NCBI GenBank assembly: GCA_964016885.1
Contig: OZ024743.1
Span: 44,020,001-44,084,000 of the forward strand
DNA: 64,000 nucleotides
From: Eledone cirrhosa
Taxonomy: Eukaryota
Reading direction: 5' to 3'
Part shown: positions 27,550-41,260 of the stretch, piece by piece
Numbering within the stretch: the stretch's first letter is position 1
Layout of the letters: each line of letters opens with the position of its first letter
Made by a program: the position numbers and the translations under genes
Notes under the pieces: generated by a model
The model's database searches: none
What the model saw: the letters and a program-made list of their open reading frames with translations, nothing else
What the model was told of the DNA's origin: nothing

Positions 27550-28003
27550 TGTGTGTGTGCGTGTGTCTGTGTCTGTGTGTGTGTGTGTGTATGTGTGTGT
27601 GTGTGTGTGTGCGTTTATGTGCGTGTGTGTGCATGTGTGAATGTATGTGCGTAAAAGTTAAACAGAAATAACAACACAATCGGTATAGTATATGGAAGGA
27701 ATATATCAGGTTAACGCTTGAAATAGCAGGAAGAGTGCCTTAACGTCTTGGACGCTAGTCCTTCACCAGAAAAAAAAACTGATATTAGAAAGGTTGAAGG
27801 GACGGCGGGGCGGAATCGAAGAAAATTATTTAGAGAAAAATACAGGTCCATTCATGTTGCCATCTCTTGGAAAACTATTGATGCTGGAGTTTTGTGTATC
27901 ATACTTTTTTAGAAAAACGGGTGATGGGTGCATCTACGTGAAATGGAAACAAAAAAAAGGTTTTGTATATAGAGCTATACGTGTGCAATTGCGTGTGTGT
28001 GTG

Positions 28004-28049
<46 letters not shown>

Positions 28050-28515
28050 TGTGTGTGTGTCTGTGTGTGTGTGTGTCTGTGTGTGTGTGTGTGTGTCTGT
28101 GCGTGTGTGTGTGCATTATTATACGCCCGTACGAAAGCTAAAAGGATGTGGGTATATGTAAGTAACACAGTGTGTGTGTTCTTGTAAGTTAGAAGCTGTG
28201 TGCAAAAGTATGTTAATATGTGTGTGTGTGAGTGTGTACAGAGCTGTTAAAGGAAAAGTAGATGTGTGCGTGCGTATATCGTTGGTCTATATCAGTTGTA
28301 AGAATATATATGTCTGACTATAAGGGAAACATAGGAGTCTATGGGTGAATGTACATGCCCGTGTGTGATAACGGATGGGGTGAACGTGACAGAGCAAAGC
28401 GTAGAGAAGTAAGCACGAACGTATATGTTAATATTAAAGAAATTATATATATATAAAACAAGATGGCGTAGGACAGAAAAAAGGAGAGGCACAAAAACAA
28501 AGAAAAGAATCCCCA

Positions 28516-28558
28516 GTCACTGAAGAGGTCACAGAATGTGTGACGAAAGAACTTTGAC
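28516..28558 (+). ncRNA. Minimal hammerhead (family 9) in pLTR ~28455-28755
   Basis: gtca-CTGAAGA-g gtcaca gaatg tgtgac-GAAAG aa CTT^tgac; sister copy at 35418. Confidence 0.75.
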
Positions 28559-28752
28559 AATATATGAACAACTGTCCGGTTGTGGAACCAGCCAACCAAC
28601 CTGAAATTTATAAATTTTATTTATAATAAATTGGAGTGAAAGCAACTGGTGCGTGTGTTTCTTATTGGCAACAGGACCCTCCCAAAGCATAACAATATCG
28701 GTTTCAACACACGTTTTCAGATAAAGAATCTTGCTAAACAAATTCAGAAACG

Positions 28753-28821
<69 letters not shown>

Positions 28822-28839
28822 TAGACAGATAGATAGATA

Positions 28840-29737
28840 CTATGTCATATTGCAAATATGCCTGAGGTGCCACTGATATTTGGAAGTTCCCTTGAACTGG
28901 ACTATGGATGTTAAATGTACCCAAACAGTAACTGCTGGATCGAAAAATGAGACTACACTGTAGAATTGACTTATTGTGCAGACGGCACGAAACTGCCGCC
29001 ACTTCTAATATTTAGAAGAAAAACATTTCCAAAAGACACTTTTCCATCAGAAGTCGTTATTATATGCCCACTCGAAGGGGAGGATGGTGGAAAATGGTGG
29101 TTTACTCAAAACAAATATCACTTCTTGTTTGGGACCAATTCCGTGCACATACGGCTGAGAATGCAGTAAGAATGGGAAATTACTTAAACACTGAAATAGC
29201 TGTTCAACTGGTTGACTGACTTCTCAAATACAACCCTTGATGTTTCACTAAACAAGGCTTTTAAGGCAGACATGAGAAGAGTGGGGTTATTGGATGAAGG
29301 ACCTGCACCATGAACTGACACCGACAGGACATATGAAGAGGCCTATATTTTCCCAGGTAAACCATTGGCTGAAAAGGTCGAAGGGTGTTGTGAAAACCGA
29401 GACAGATATAAAAGCTTTAAAAAAATGTGACATCAGCAACGCCCTAGATAACTCGGAAGATGATTTTCTCTATACTGATAGCGACTTAAGTGTTTCTGAA
29501 AACAGTGATGACTCCCAAGGAATGAGAGGAAAATGATGAATTTCAGGAAGCAGCCGAGGGTGGAATCCAGGAAGTCAATGAGGAGGAGAGTAGTCATGAC
29601 TTTATAAGATTTGAAAGTGATTAAAATGTTAATAATGTTAATGTTAATTTCCCTTCATTTATTTTTCCTGGATATTCATGTTAAAATTAGAGTCTGTACT
29701 ATATTTTGATGCGTCTTATATTGCGAAAAATACGGTG
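28840..29737 (+). mobile_element. pogo-type (Tc1/mariner superfamily) DNA transposon remnant with 3' TIR
   Basis: CADGTKLPPLLIF, LVWDQFRAH, SQIQPL-(D)VSLNKAFK, TPTGHMKRP, KKCDISNALDNSEDD (DDE_1-like); terminal gcgtcttatattgcgaaaaatacgg resembles pogo TIRs. Confidence 0.88.
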
Positions 29738-29739
29738 CA

Positions 29740-29795
<56 letters not shown>

Positions 29796-29838
29796 TGAGA
29801 GAGATTACAATAATAAAAGTTCAGTTTAAATCATTTAT

Positions 29839-29887
29839 TTGCTTACAATTGTTTCCTCCAAACCTCGGTTTGGATTCTTCGGAGCAA
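29839..29887 (-). ncRNA. Hammerhead (family 10), core CCGAAGA
   Basis: ttgct-CCGAAGA-a tccaaac cgag gtttgga g-GAAAC aatt GTA^agcaa; palindromic stem III; AATAAA overlaps the 3' end. Confidence 0.78.
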
Positions 29888-30678
29888 CTATTTAGTGATC
29901 TATAACATACTTGACCTCCTTTTCAATACAAGAGACATATAAAAACATATGCACATATTGACCCACAGTGGGATGACATCCATCAACATGATATAGCGTG
30001 GCAATTTACACATAAAGGTTAAAGGATAAAAATAAAAATAAAAATAAAGATAAAAATAAAAAATAAATAAAAATAAAAATAAAAATGAAGCATTGGCAGT
30101 TTATGAAGGTAAAGCAAGAGGAAAGTTTAGAGTAGTCAGTGTATGAAACAATCTCACGTGTAGCATGCACGCGTGTCTTATTTAAACAGGATTAGAGTGC
30201 GTCAGATTGTCACTTGCAGGGTCCGGCAGTTGAAGCAGGCAATCGATATTATTATGTGGGCTGAATTATTGAATCATTTTTTCGCATACACCTGTATGAT
30301 ATACAGTCCCGAATGTAGAGAAACACCAAAATATCAAAAATATCAAACATATTATAAAACATATTATATCGTAGGCAAAACAGTGCCACTTTCTTCGCGC
30401 ACACCACCACTCACATAATCCATGAGACGCAATATATAGACCATGGATCTATCATATAATTCACGATGGTTCAGCATATAACCAAGTTATAAACCGTATC
30501 TTGTCGATTCTTAATTAATAGATCATGTTGTTTAGTTTTGTGTGATGATATTGACCAACCAATCAAATTACTTCTCTAAAAACCTGGCGTTTCAAGCCAC
30601 TTTTTTCCATATAAAACAAGTAACATTCAAAGACCAACCAGATGTGAGAAAAACCACAGACCCTCCATCTCAACTCTA

Positions 30679-30714
30679 CTTTTGAAAAGTAGAAGAACTG
30701 CGAAACCGGTAAAG
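30679..30714 (+). ncRNA. Minimal hammerhead, U3-A8 variant (family 6, copy 2)
   Basis: ctt-TTGAAAA-gtag aagaa ctgc-GAAAC cg GTA^aag; cassette 30640-30775 homologous to 22380-22515. Confidence 0.72.
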
Positions 30715-30771
30715 GAACCAAATAAATATATATATTGTTTACTCCAGTTGCATTTCCATTTCATCTTTTTT

Positions 30772-30884
<113 letters not shown>

Positions 30885-33277
30885 TAGATGTAACAAACAA
30901 AATACAGGAGGCAATTTTACACCGCTTTATTAGGTTCACGAATGGAGGAAGTGGATGAGGTCTCAATGTTTCGGACAGAAGCCTAAATACCTTCAGATTC
31001 CTGCAGTCATCCGTAAATATTATTCTCCTTTCTCGTAGATATCTGCCTTCCTTCTTTCTCAATTTCAAAATGTCCTGTTCACACAGATCCTTTTTACTGT
31101 TACCAATTTTTGGAATTACACCACGCTGCCTATTAGACCTCTCCCCTCAACCTATCACATTCCGTTCTCTCTCTCTCTCATTCATTCCGGTTTATTTTTA
31201 TTGTTGTTTTTCCTAAGTCTTCTATGATGGTGATGATGATATACGCGTGCTAACATGATTTATTCGACAACCAATTCAACACAGATACCGCTAACTATGA
31301 CATTGTGTATGAGCACCATTCAATTGATTATATTATTAGTTTGCAAGGTAGATTAAAAATCAAACAATAGGTTAGTGTATCGATAGAAAACACCTAGTGT
31401 ATGCCTTAGAACATAGCTGACATATATTTCGAATGTAAGTGCCAGGCCGTTTACACCCATGGTCGGGTACCTACACTTTCAAGTACATCAGACTCTTCTG
31501 GCATTTCATTATTTCACTTCAATCCAGCAAAGAATTTACAGGCTCAGGGTCCTTGTTGAGACCATACACTTTGTTTTTGTCAGCCTAATGTATAATACTG
31601 TTGTGTAAACGACTAGCTTTCGCTATCTTACAAAAGGATCGACGGCACTATGTAAGAGGGTAAATGGTTGTAATTACTTTTCCATATGTTCAACTTCGTC
31701 TTGGGAGGCGAGGCAATGTCGTGTTTTAGTTTCTTTCTCCTTTACTTAAATATAATACAAAACCAAATTACTTCAATTACTTCAATCGGTTCCTTCTCCC
31801 ATGGCATTTAATTCATCATTCTTAAAATATTTAAAGATCAATATATTAATTTCATTTCGGAAATATTCGAAAATACTATGAACAAATCGCAATAGATCTG
31901 AATATATTATCGTTCATTCAAACATTCTCTGTCGTTGTTTTAACTAGACGAAATAATTAGGCCACAGAATAAATGCATAATATTTTATCTTACCTAATTT
32001 TAATGTACATATTTAATGGGATTTCACCTCTCGTACATACATATGGAAAGAAAGACACATGCTTATGCGCATTAAAGCAGTATTGAAAGAAAAAAGAAAG
32101 AGATATAGGAAAAGACAAGAGAGGGTTGAAACATCTTTTAAATAACTGGTCATTTGTCATACATGTATACTCATGCACACAGATACATACATTGCATACA
32201 TTAGGAGAGCAGAAAATTAAGGAGAAAATAAACGGAAACTAGAACGAAGATGATAGGCGTGTAGTTCAATGTAGGAAAGGAATGCCTAGTCCATACGAAA
32301 TTGTTTACTTCTAGGTAATACGAATCAGACGTCGATAGAGAGGAATGGTAACTTTGAGACACCGACTATAACAACCTCAAATTTAAACATAAACAAGGAA
32401 GATAAAAGGCCAAGAAATATCTCCCTCTACAATTCCGCTTGCGTGTCCTTTCCGTTGGGATGTAAAACTGGGAGAAATAACTGCGCTTATATAAGTGTAG
32501 GCATGGTTGTTTGGTTACTGTTTTAATTCAAAACTTGGGCAAGTGACCTCTTGCATAATGTCATATTTAACACCTATTTTTGATTTAAAATTAGTAAAGA
32601 GAGGCTCTACGTTTCTTACAAACAATTTATATTGACGAAATGAGAGGTTGTGAACACACCATACTTAAATTTATGAACATTAAAAGAACATTCATATAAA
32701 TGAACAATCTATATTTACATAGACTAATGCTAGAGTGGTGGCAGTATGAGAGGGAAGCGAAAGTCAATAAGGATAAAAGTAAGATGTACAGAAAAAAAGA
32801 ACATGTTCTATATCCATCCAGGAAGCGTCTAGATATATATCATGAACATTACATATCCCAAGTGCATGGATTTGCTTGATATTAACTAGGTGTTATGCGA
32901 TATTATGTATATGTTTCTTTTACTTGGAAGATTACAGGTCGCATTGGGGTTATTTTGCTTCCGAATTGTAAGATGCCATAAATGTATGCATGGCTACACT
33001 CTCTTATCTATTGAAGGAGATAATATGTTGTTTTTTGCTTTTACAAGTAAGCATCAATAATTCGTTTGTTGCATTTAATGTTTATTTGTACAGAGTTCCA
33101 GTTGGTAATTTTAACTAATTTAGAAGCTCTTCTCTTATTGTGTTTGTCAGGTACAGGCCTATTTTCATAATAAGAAAAATAAGATGCCCATATCGCTATA
33201 TAGCTACACGTGTGTGTGCGTGTGTGTGTATATATATATGGGTGTGTGGGTGCCTGTGTGCGTGTATGTGTAAATAA

Positions 33278-33315
<38 letters not shown>

Positions 33316-33317
<2 letters not shown>

Positions 33318-34088
33318 ATAACAATAAATTTGAAGACTAAAATCCAAAGAGGATAAATATATATCAAATATATAAGAACTGTAGAGCAAATATTTATTAA
33401 AATAACAGATTAAAGTTTAAGCAAATAATCATAAAATATCCGCGTATAGTTCGTACTATCCGTTAGGGTATAATGTGGGCTGTAATACAGGAAAGTTTTG
33501 TGCAATTTATGTTTACAACCCGAAATTGCCTCAGATGTTTTGTTTAAGATGTGGTCTTTGGCGTAGAGTATTTCCAGGGCCTCAGCGGCGCAGAGGTCAC
33601 ATGGTCTTTTATTTCCGTTTTACGATCTAGCCCTAACTAGGGTCTCCCAGTGTAACTTATATTGCGTGTGGTTGTCTTTTAGACTCCAGATATAAGCTGA
33701 AAGTGACGTCATATTCCTTCTTAAAGGGTAACGAAAAGAATGGGTATGCATGTAAAGACGCTGCTTGATTCTATTGGCGGTTAACCCTAAGTAGGCCCTA
33801 CGGGACGAGGGTGTTTCTACCTTACATTTGTAGACAATGTTACTGGAGAGGCATTTCTCGGATAGGGGGCAGTCAACCTGATTCCTACAATTACAGTTAG
33901 TACTAACTACAGGGTTGCACGTGTTCCTACGGCTAGGTAGTTTAGCTAAATTTGAAGCTGTGATGTTATGTGCAAGGTTAGGAGACGTAGAGTAAGACAT
34001 TTTAATAGTATTTCTATTAAACATTTTAATATAGAAGATCCCGTTAAGGGTGAAAGCAGCGATTCTTTGCTTAAACTTTAATCTGTTA

Positions 34089-34096
<8 letters not shown>
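33316..34096 (-). mobile_element. Truncated sister copy of the 22648 PLE (GIY-YIG part) with inverted pLTR ends
   Basis: 33620-34024 is near-identical to 23650-24050 (AYLGLT); termini match family 7. Confidence 0.93.
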
Positions 34097-34146
<50 letters not shown>

Positions 34147-34147
<1 letters not shown>

Positions 34148-34307
34148 CGAAGGAAATGTGGTAAGGAACCAGGTGGACCATAACGCACCAAAGTACTCAA
34201 TACTTGAGGTAGTAGAGTGGGTAATAGGAACCAGTAAGACCCCGACAGCTGAGCTCAAGCCGTTTCGACGAAACGGCTTGAGCTCAGCTGTCGGGGTCTT
34301 ACTGGTT

Positions 34308-34312
<5 letters not shown>
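34147..34312. mobile_element. Family 5 mini fold-back (perfect hairpin 34224-34312)
   Basis: Centre at 34268, directly before GAAAC of the hammerhead. Confidence 0.9.
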
Positions 34313-34384
<72 letters not shown>

Positions 34385-35204
34385 TTATTTACACATACCT
34401 GACAAACACAATAAGATAAGAGCTTCTAAATTAGTTAAAATTACCAACGGGAACTCTGTACAAATAAACATTAAATTCAATAAACGAATTATTGATGCTT
34501 ACTTGTAAAAGCAAAAAACAACATATTATCTCCTTCAATAGATAAGAGAGTGTAGCCATGCATACATTTATGGCATCTTACAACTCGGAAGCAAAATAAC
34601 TCCAATGCGACCTGTAATCTTCCAAGTAAAAGAAACATATACATAATATCGCATAACACCTAGGTAATATCAAGAAAATCCATGCACTTGGATATATATA
34701 TATATACATAATGAGAGAGATAGAGAGGGGAGAGATCGACATACGATACAGATATACACACAGACATATGGGTATATGTGATATCAAGGCAGCTTGCTAA
34801 GTTTCACTGAAACCTCCCTTATCAACCTCATATATAAATAAAGTCTGTTGAATTCACATTTTTAGCCACATACATACCTATCAATCCAAATGTTTCATTT
34901 GAATAAATTGACTAAAACAAGCCTCTATCATTGGCCATCACAATATACAAATCAATGAGCAAACCTTAAACCATGTAAAATCCATTTCCTGGACATCTTA
35001 GAAAATAGATGCTGGCAAATATATATATAGTTTTTCATCGGCTTTTCTAAAACAGTACATAGTGTATGTTAAGAAACAGATCTCACTACCAATTTCTCAT
35101 CGAATCACCATATAGGGACGATAGAAATTATTCAACACCTAAAAGGACTAGAATCTACATATCAATGCCAACGTCATTATATATATATATATATATATAT
35201 AAAT

Positions 35205-36160
35205 ATTTCGTTTCTTAATTTGTTTAGCAAGATTCTTTATCTGAAATCGTGTGTTGAAACCGATATTGTTATACATTGGGAGGGTTATGTTGCCAATAAG
35301 AAACACACGCACCAGATGCTTTCACTTCAATTTATTATAATAAATTTATAAATTTAGGAATTTACGAAATTTCTGGTTTGTTGGTTGGTTCCACAACCAG
35401 ATAGTTGTTTATATATTGTCAAAGTGCTTTCGTCACACAGTATGTGACCTCTTCAGTGACTGGGGATTCTTTTCTTTGTTTTTGTGCCTCTCCTTTGTTC
35501 TGTCCTACGCCATTTTGTTTCTGTGCGTGTGTTGTGTGCTCAGTCTGCGCATGAGCCACATCCGGGTGTATGTGTGTGTTTATATTTGTTTATTTATTTG
35601 TTTATTTACATGTTACCGGTTGGTTGTTTGTTCTATGTGTGTGTGTGTTTTCATTTTGTCCTTAATTGTAAGTTGTGATGTTCCTGTTCCACTCATATTT
35701 TCTATTTAATTTTGGTTGTAATTATTTTATGTTTATTGCCTCTGTTATTTGTCTAAACATAGCGTCTTTTCTGTGTGTAGATTCTATTTTTATTTCTATG
35801 TTCTCTAATTTACCCTTATGTTCTATTTTAGCATGTTGGTATAGATAAGAAATGTATAACCTGTAAAATAAGCCCCCATATTAACTGTAAAACTAGAAAT
35901 GTAGTGTATAGCATAAGATGTACTGAAGGACAATGTAGAGACAAAAATATAGTGTACATAGGTGAGACAGCTCGTAGTGTAAGGGAACGGATAAATGAAC
36001 ACTGGCGAGACCTTCAAGATAGTAAAGAATCATCTGTACTCTACCAACATGCTAAAATAGAACATAAGGGTAAATTAGAGACCATAGAAATAAAAATAGA
36101 ATCTACACACAGAAAAGACGCAATGTTTAGACAAATCACAGAGGCAATAAACATAAAAGA
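35205..36160. mobile_element. PLE 3' remnant (minus, 35205-35843) with inverted GIY-YIG segment (plus, ~35850-36160)
   Basis: VYSIRC..VYIGETARSVRERINEH..HA..H..RQITEAINI; 35725-35840 is the reverse complement of 36042-36158. Confidence 0.88.
35418..35460 (-). ncRNA. Minimal hammerhead (family 9, copy 2)
   Basis: gtca-CTGAAGA-g gtcaca tactg tgtgac-GAAAG ca CTT^tgac. Confidence 0.75.
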
Positions 36161-36198
36161 ATTGGCTTTTTGCTCACAATAGTTTCTATACTTTCATT

Positions 36199-36328
<130 letters not shown>

Positions 36329-36338
36329 GGGGAGAGAA

Positions 36339-36385
<47 letters not shown>

Positions 36386-36820
36386 GAGATAGAGAAAGAG
36401 AGAGATGGTGAAGTTGGAAATAGCACAGACAACATATTTAAAGGTCTGCTTTCCTTTTTATATCCTTTCATTCATTCGTCAAAGTGACATTATTGAAAAA
36501 ATGACAATATTGAAAATATGAGAGAGACAATTCTTTTTAAAAACATGTATAATGTGTATAAAATGTATAAAGTATTACTGGTTTCGATGTATTATTAAAA
36601 TTCATTTTAAAAGAATTAAAAACTAAAAATTAAAGTTTTAAAATTAAAATCAAATGTTGGAGTAAGTTTTTTCCCACTTTTCCTGCTCAAAATTTTGACT
36701 GGAGAATATATATAAACATATATATGTGTGTGTGTGCGTGTGTATGTATCTATGTGTATATTATATATATATGCATGTATGTATATGTATATGTATATTA
36801 TATGTAAATATGTATGTACA

Positions 36821-36878
<58 letters not shown>

Positions 36879-36881
<3 letters not shown>

Positions 36882-37072
36882 ATAATAATAAATTTGAAGA
36901 CTAAAATCCAAAGAGGTCTCGATAAGGAAATATAAATCAAATATATAAGAACCGTAGAGCAAATATTTATTAAAATAACAGACTAAAGTTTAAGCAAAGA
37001 ATCGCTGCTTTCACCCTTAACGGGATCTTCTGAAGCAGCGATTCTTTGCTTAAACTTTAATCTGTTATTTTA

Positions 37073-37080
<8 letters not shown>
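36879..37080. mobile_element. Family 7 mini fold-back (pLTR only)
   Basis: Inverted long arm 36879-37030 and short arm 37031-37080, in (TA)n. Confidence 0.9.
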
Positions 37081-37150
<70 letters not shown>

Positions 37151-37699
37151 ATGTACATATTTATATATATATACATACACACATATGTGTGTATGAATAT
37201 GTATATTGAATTGTGTCGGGTTCTGCTGTCATTTTTCGATAGTTATTGATTGCCGTTTTTGTAGCAGTGTAAGTTTGCTTTCACACTTGAATACGTCTCA
37301 CAATTTGTGATTAACTTTTATAATTCTTTTATCATTGAGAGCCTCAAGGTATTGCTCAAATGATGGAGTTTAACTTTCCGTTTTGTTTATGTATTCCTTT
37401 GAATATTCAGGAGCATAATTTTATTAGTGTAATGTTTATGTCTACTATTTCATCGAAACGTTTTCCTTTGTTAGCAGCGGTATTTTAACATTATACAATC
37501 TACTAGTGAATCCGTGTTTTCTATTTGTTAAGGTGTTGAAATTACAATAGAAAGTTAGTTTGTTGGATCTGCTACCACAATTACATTAAAACATTTAATT
37601 TGAATTTGTTCGAGTCCGCCGCAAATGACTACCAGCAGTAGCTTGTTATTAATTTTCAGACAAACATGGGAGTCTTGTAATCCGTCACTTAAAAGGAAC

Positions 37700-38050
37700 T
37701 GTCAAGGCACCAGCTCGTAAAACAAACAAGGAGAAACTGCCGCCAATTAGAACATTTGCTACCTACAACTGCCACATTTCAAAGAGAATATGACAGCTTT
37801 AATTAGATAAGCAATCCGTAGGGAGCGACAGAAATACGGCTGTCGCATTTGGGGACTTCATTCGGGAGACATATGCACAGACGGAACCCACATGCACACT
37901 TCCTAATTCTTCCGTCAACAAAGCAAAAGTGTGCATGAGAGTGTACCTTGTCTACCAGATCATGAGCAAAAATGATGTTCCTCATACATCGGTAATACCA
38001 AAAGGAGACTACACAAACGGATCAAGGAACACGTGTCAATGAGACCCCCT
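37700..38050 (+). pseudogene. Decayed PLE GIY-YIG fragment
   Basis: tgttcctcatacatcggtaataccaaaaggagactacacaaacggatcaaggaacac translates to CSSYIGNTKRRLHKRIKEH. Confidence 0.7.
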
Positions 38051-38151
38051 ACCATAAAAAAAAACCTTTTGCCAGATGACGCAACCAAGACATTGAGGTC
38101 ATGAAGGAGGCGAGTGAAAGTAATACGGGAACTTTTATATATATATACATC

Positions 38152-38229
<78 letters not shown>

Positions 38230-38234
<5 letters not shown>

Positions 38235-38428
38235 AACCAGTAAGACCCCGACAGCTGAGCTCAAGCCGTTTCGACGGCTAATTCTGGACTCAGTCCAGAA
38301 TTAGCCGTCGAAACGGCTTGAGCTCAGCTGTCGGGGTCTTACTGGTTCCTATTACCCACTCTACTACCTCAAGTATTGAGTACTTTGGTGCGTTATGGTC
38401 CACCTGGTTCCTTACCACATTTCCTTCG

Positions 38429-38430
<2 letters not shown>
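38230..38430. mobile_element. Family 5 mini fold-back
   Basis: Hairpin centred at 38291; long arm ends ccttcgtt at 38430. Confidence 0.9.
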
Positions 38431-38465
<35 letters not shown>

Positions 38466-38504
38466 TAATATAAGATCAAAAGATGGTTAAAGGAGTTCCA
38501 TGTA

Positions 38505-38571
38505 TTTTATTATGCGCATTTCAAAAACAAACATCATCATGCAATAATATTTGTGTTTTCATCAGATAAAA
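38505..38571 (-). ncRNA. Hammerhead (family 11), canonical core
   Basis: ttttat-CTGATGA-aaacacaaatattat tgc atgatgatgtttgttttt-GAAAT gcgc ATA^ataaaa; stem III ATGCGCAT is palindromic. Confidence 0.78.
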
Positions 38572-38689
38572 CAGGAGAACATGATATGAAGGCTAAAAAA
38601 CACTTGTGGATAGTGCAGTTTTAAATCAACATATCTTATCCGATATCTGCATTGCTTTATTGTACTACAGTAAAACTCACCTCCTACAT

Positions 38690-38764
<75 letters not shown>

Positions 38765-38765
38765 T

Positions 38766-38858
<93 letters not shown>

Positions 38859-38895
38859 TGGAAAATGTGTGAGGTCCTTGGTACAGTTAGGTGTA

Positions 38896-39078
38896 TTTGA
38901 CAAACAGGAAAGAATGACTCCACTTGTAGTTCTAAATAATTTTATTTTATTTTAATATATTATACTATTATGAGATGGTAGATCTAGTATCTACCAACTC
39001 ATAATAGTATAATAATATAAAATTAAATCTAATTATTTAGTGCTACAAATGAAGTCATTCTTTTCCTTTGTTTCAAAT
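38896..39078. repeat. Diverged fold-back, ~90-bp arms
   Basis: gaatgact..tatactattatgag.tggtagat / atctacca.ctcataatagtata..agtcattc. Confidence 0.8.
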
Positions 39079-39398
39079 ATATATATATATATAAATGGAA
39101 TAGAATGAAACGAAATTTCATTTCTCACTCTTAGTACGACACTTACTTAAATGTAAGTATGTATGTATGTATACGCACATACATATATGTATACAGACGT
39201 ACAGTAGTATGTATATATATACATACATGCACACATATATATATATGCACGTATAGGTTTACCGAACATTTATTATAATGCTCGGTTTGTTTGTTTGTAA
39301 ACAAACAAACAGCCCGAATTACGCCGTATACTGTTTGGCAACCACGTCACCTTTATGTTCAACACTGACAAGTATATATATATATATATATATATATA

Positions 39399-40180
39399 TC
39401 ATCATCATCATCACCGTTTTACGTCCGTTCTTCCACGCTAGCATTGGTTAGACGGGTTGTCCTGTTGTGGGCAGTGTCTGGTCGGCTGACCATGCCTTGC
39501 TCATACAGGAACTGATCTGGCTTGATTTCTACAGCTGGATGCCCTTCCTAACACCAACCTCATTTACAGTGAGTGCTGGGTGCTTTTTCGTGGCGCCTAC
39601 ACGTCCACTTTACAGTGTGGGCTGGGTGCTTTTTTGCCGTGGCACCTCCACGGCCACTTTGCGGTGGAGGGGGGGGGGCATATTGTTTATATGCTTCAGC
39701 ATGTACCCATGGGAGGTCGGGTACCCTGTATTACTGCGTGACGCCAGAAGTCACGGTCGTGTGTCATTGACTTTGAGAGGTGTAGTTGGGTAAGGTCGGC
39801 TTTTATCACCTCATCCCAAGTCATCTTGGGTCTCCCCACTCCGCGGTTTCCATCAACTTCTAGTGCTCTGCACCTTTTTATGCAGCTGTCATCCTTCATA
39901 CGCATCACATGTCCATACCAGCGTAACCGCCTCTCCTGCACGCAGCATTTGATTCCTCTTATGCTCAGTCTCTCTCTCAATTCCTTTATGCTTTGTCGTT
40001 CACGTATATTACTGTTACACATCCATCGGAGCATGCAGGCTTCGTTTCTCTCTAATCTACGTAATTCTTCCACCTTCAGCGCCCAGGTCTCACTACCATG
40101 CAACATCGCTGTTCGGATACACGCATCATACAGTCTGCCTTTCATTCTGAGGGAGAAGCCTTTTGCAGCTAGCAGTGGTA

Positions 40181-40182
<2 letters not shown>
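39399..40182 (-). mobile_element. RTE-clade LINE, 3' fragment with (GAT)n tail
   Basis: KGRLY..MLHGSETW..MLRWMC..RRLRWYGHVMR..GRPKMTW; tail catcatcatc at 39399-39412. Confidence 0.93.
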
Positions 40183-40250
<68 letters not shown>

Positions 40251-40359
40251 TTGTGTATAATGGTAGTTATGATGCTTAGCACTCAATATTCGTACAGATT
40301 GGAGTGTGGATAGTATAAAAAAACGAAAAATCAGTGATGCATCTGGACTCAGTTTATTG

Positions 40360-40451
40360 CGTGTTACAATTGTTTTGCCAGCAGGTAGCTCGAGATATGA
40401 TCACTGTATGGATCTGGCTGATTCTTACGGCTGCAGGTTCCTTCAGATACG
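40360..40451 (-). ncRNA. Hammerhead-like motif (family 8)
   Basis: cgtat-CTGAAGGA-acctgcag..ctgctggc-AAAAC aatt GTA^acacg. Confidence 0.6.
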
Positions 40452-40504
40452 GGTAGCTCGTTCGGAGCAAATTTTGTCACTGGGGTGTTATCGTCAAAAA
40501 AACA

Positions 40505-41260
40505 CAGCTCCTAACATGGCCGACTACATGGCTAAAACTAACGCGGTGAAGATGGCGAACATTGGCCGTCAACCGCGGTGACAGAATGACCTTTTGTCGG
40601 AGCGCGGAGGACCACCCGGGTACCGGCCCTCAAATGACAACCCGTCCCACGAGGCTACCGGAACGCCCGCGGAGGGTGATGTGGTCCAACGCCGAGAAGG
40701 AACTAGTGACATAGGGGAGACCACAGTGTCGGTGGAACAAAACCCTGGGAACCTTGACAGGGCCATAACAGATCGAGGCCCGAACATCAGATGCCTAAGA
40801 ACTGACAACAGAACTGATAACTGCAGAGCGGGAACCCAGTGCCCCCTACAGGGAAAATGCCTGACGAAGAACCTGACATACACGTGTGTGGTTACAACCC
40901 AAAATGCGCATCGCACCTACATCGGCGCAACATCCACGACCTTTAAATCGCGGATGTATAATCACACAAATTCCTTTAGGGACCGTAGCAAAAGTCACTC
41001 CACTAGGTTACCGGACCTGGTGTGGGACCTGTAAGACCAAGGCACTCCGTACGCCCTGGAATGGAGCATCGTTCGCCATGCGAGGGCAGATTCGGCTGGA
41101 AGTAGAAAGTGACGATTATGCCTACACGATGCCATGGAGATAGTCAGACTTAAATATGACGCGGCCAAACTGAAGTCTGAAATTATCATGACCTGCAGAC
41201 AGCAGGGAAGATGCACATTTGCAGCATGGAATCCTCCGGGTGGCACAGGCCAGGAGCATG
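40505..41260 (+). pseudogene. PLE linker + GIY-YIG endonuclease remnant
   Basis: APNMADYMAKTN; CRAGTQCPLQGKCL..LTY..TYIGATSTTFKSRMYNH; stops at ~41032 and ~41110. Confidence 0.9.

Larger units (their letters stand above)
32855..34692. repeat. ~300-bp inverted repeat pair (32855-33154 / 34396-34692) enclosing nested PLE insertions
   Basis: Arms are clear reverse complements; the interior holds family 7 and family 5 cassettes separated by TA tracts. Confidence 0.9.

Noticed and set aside
41105-41125. In-frame TGA at a conserved Cys of the CxLC motif (possible selenocysteine, as known for Naiad-type PLEs)
   Set aside because: The same copy has a TAA stop at ~41032, related elements have normal Cys codons and no SECIS was identified; a single point mutation explains it.
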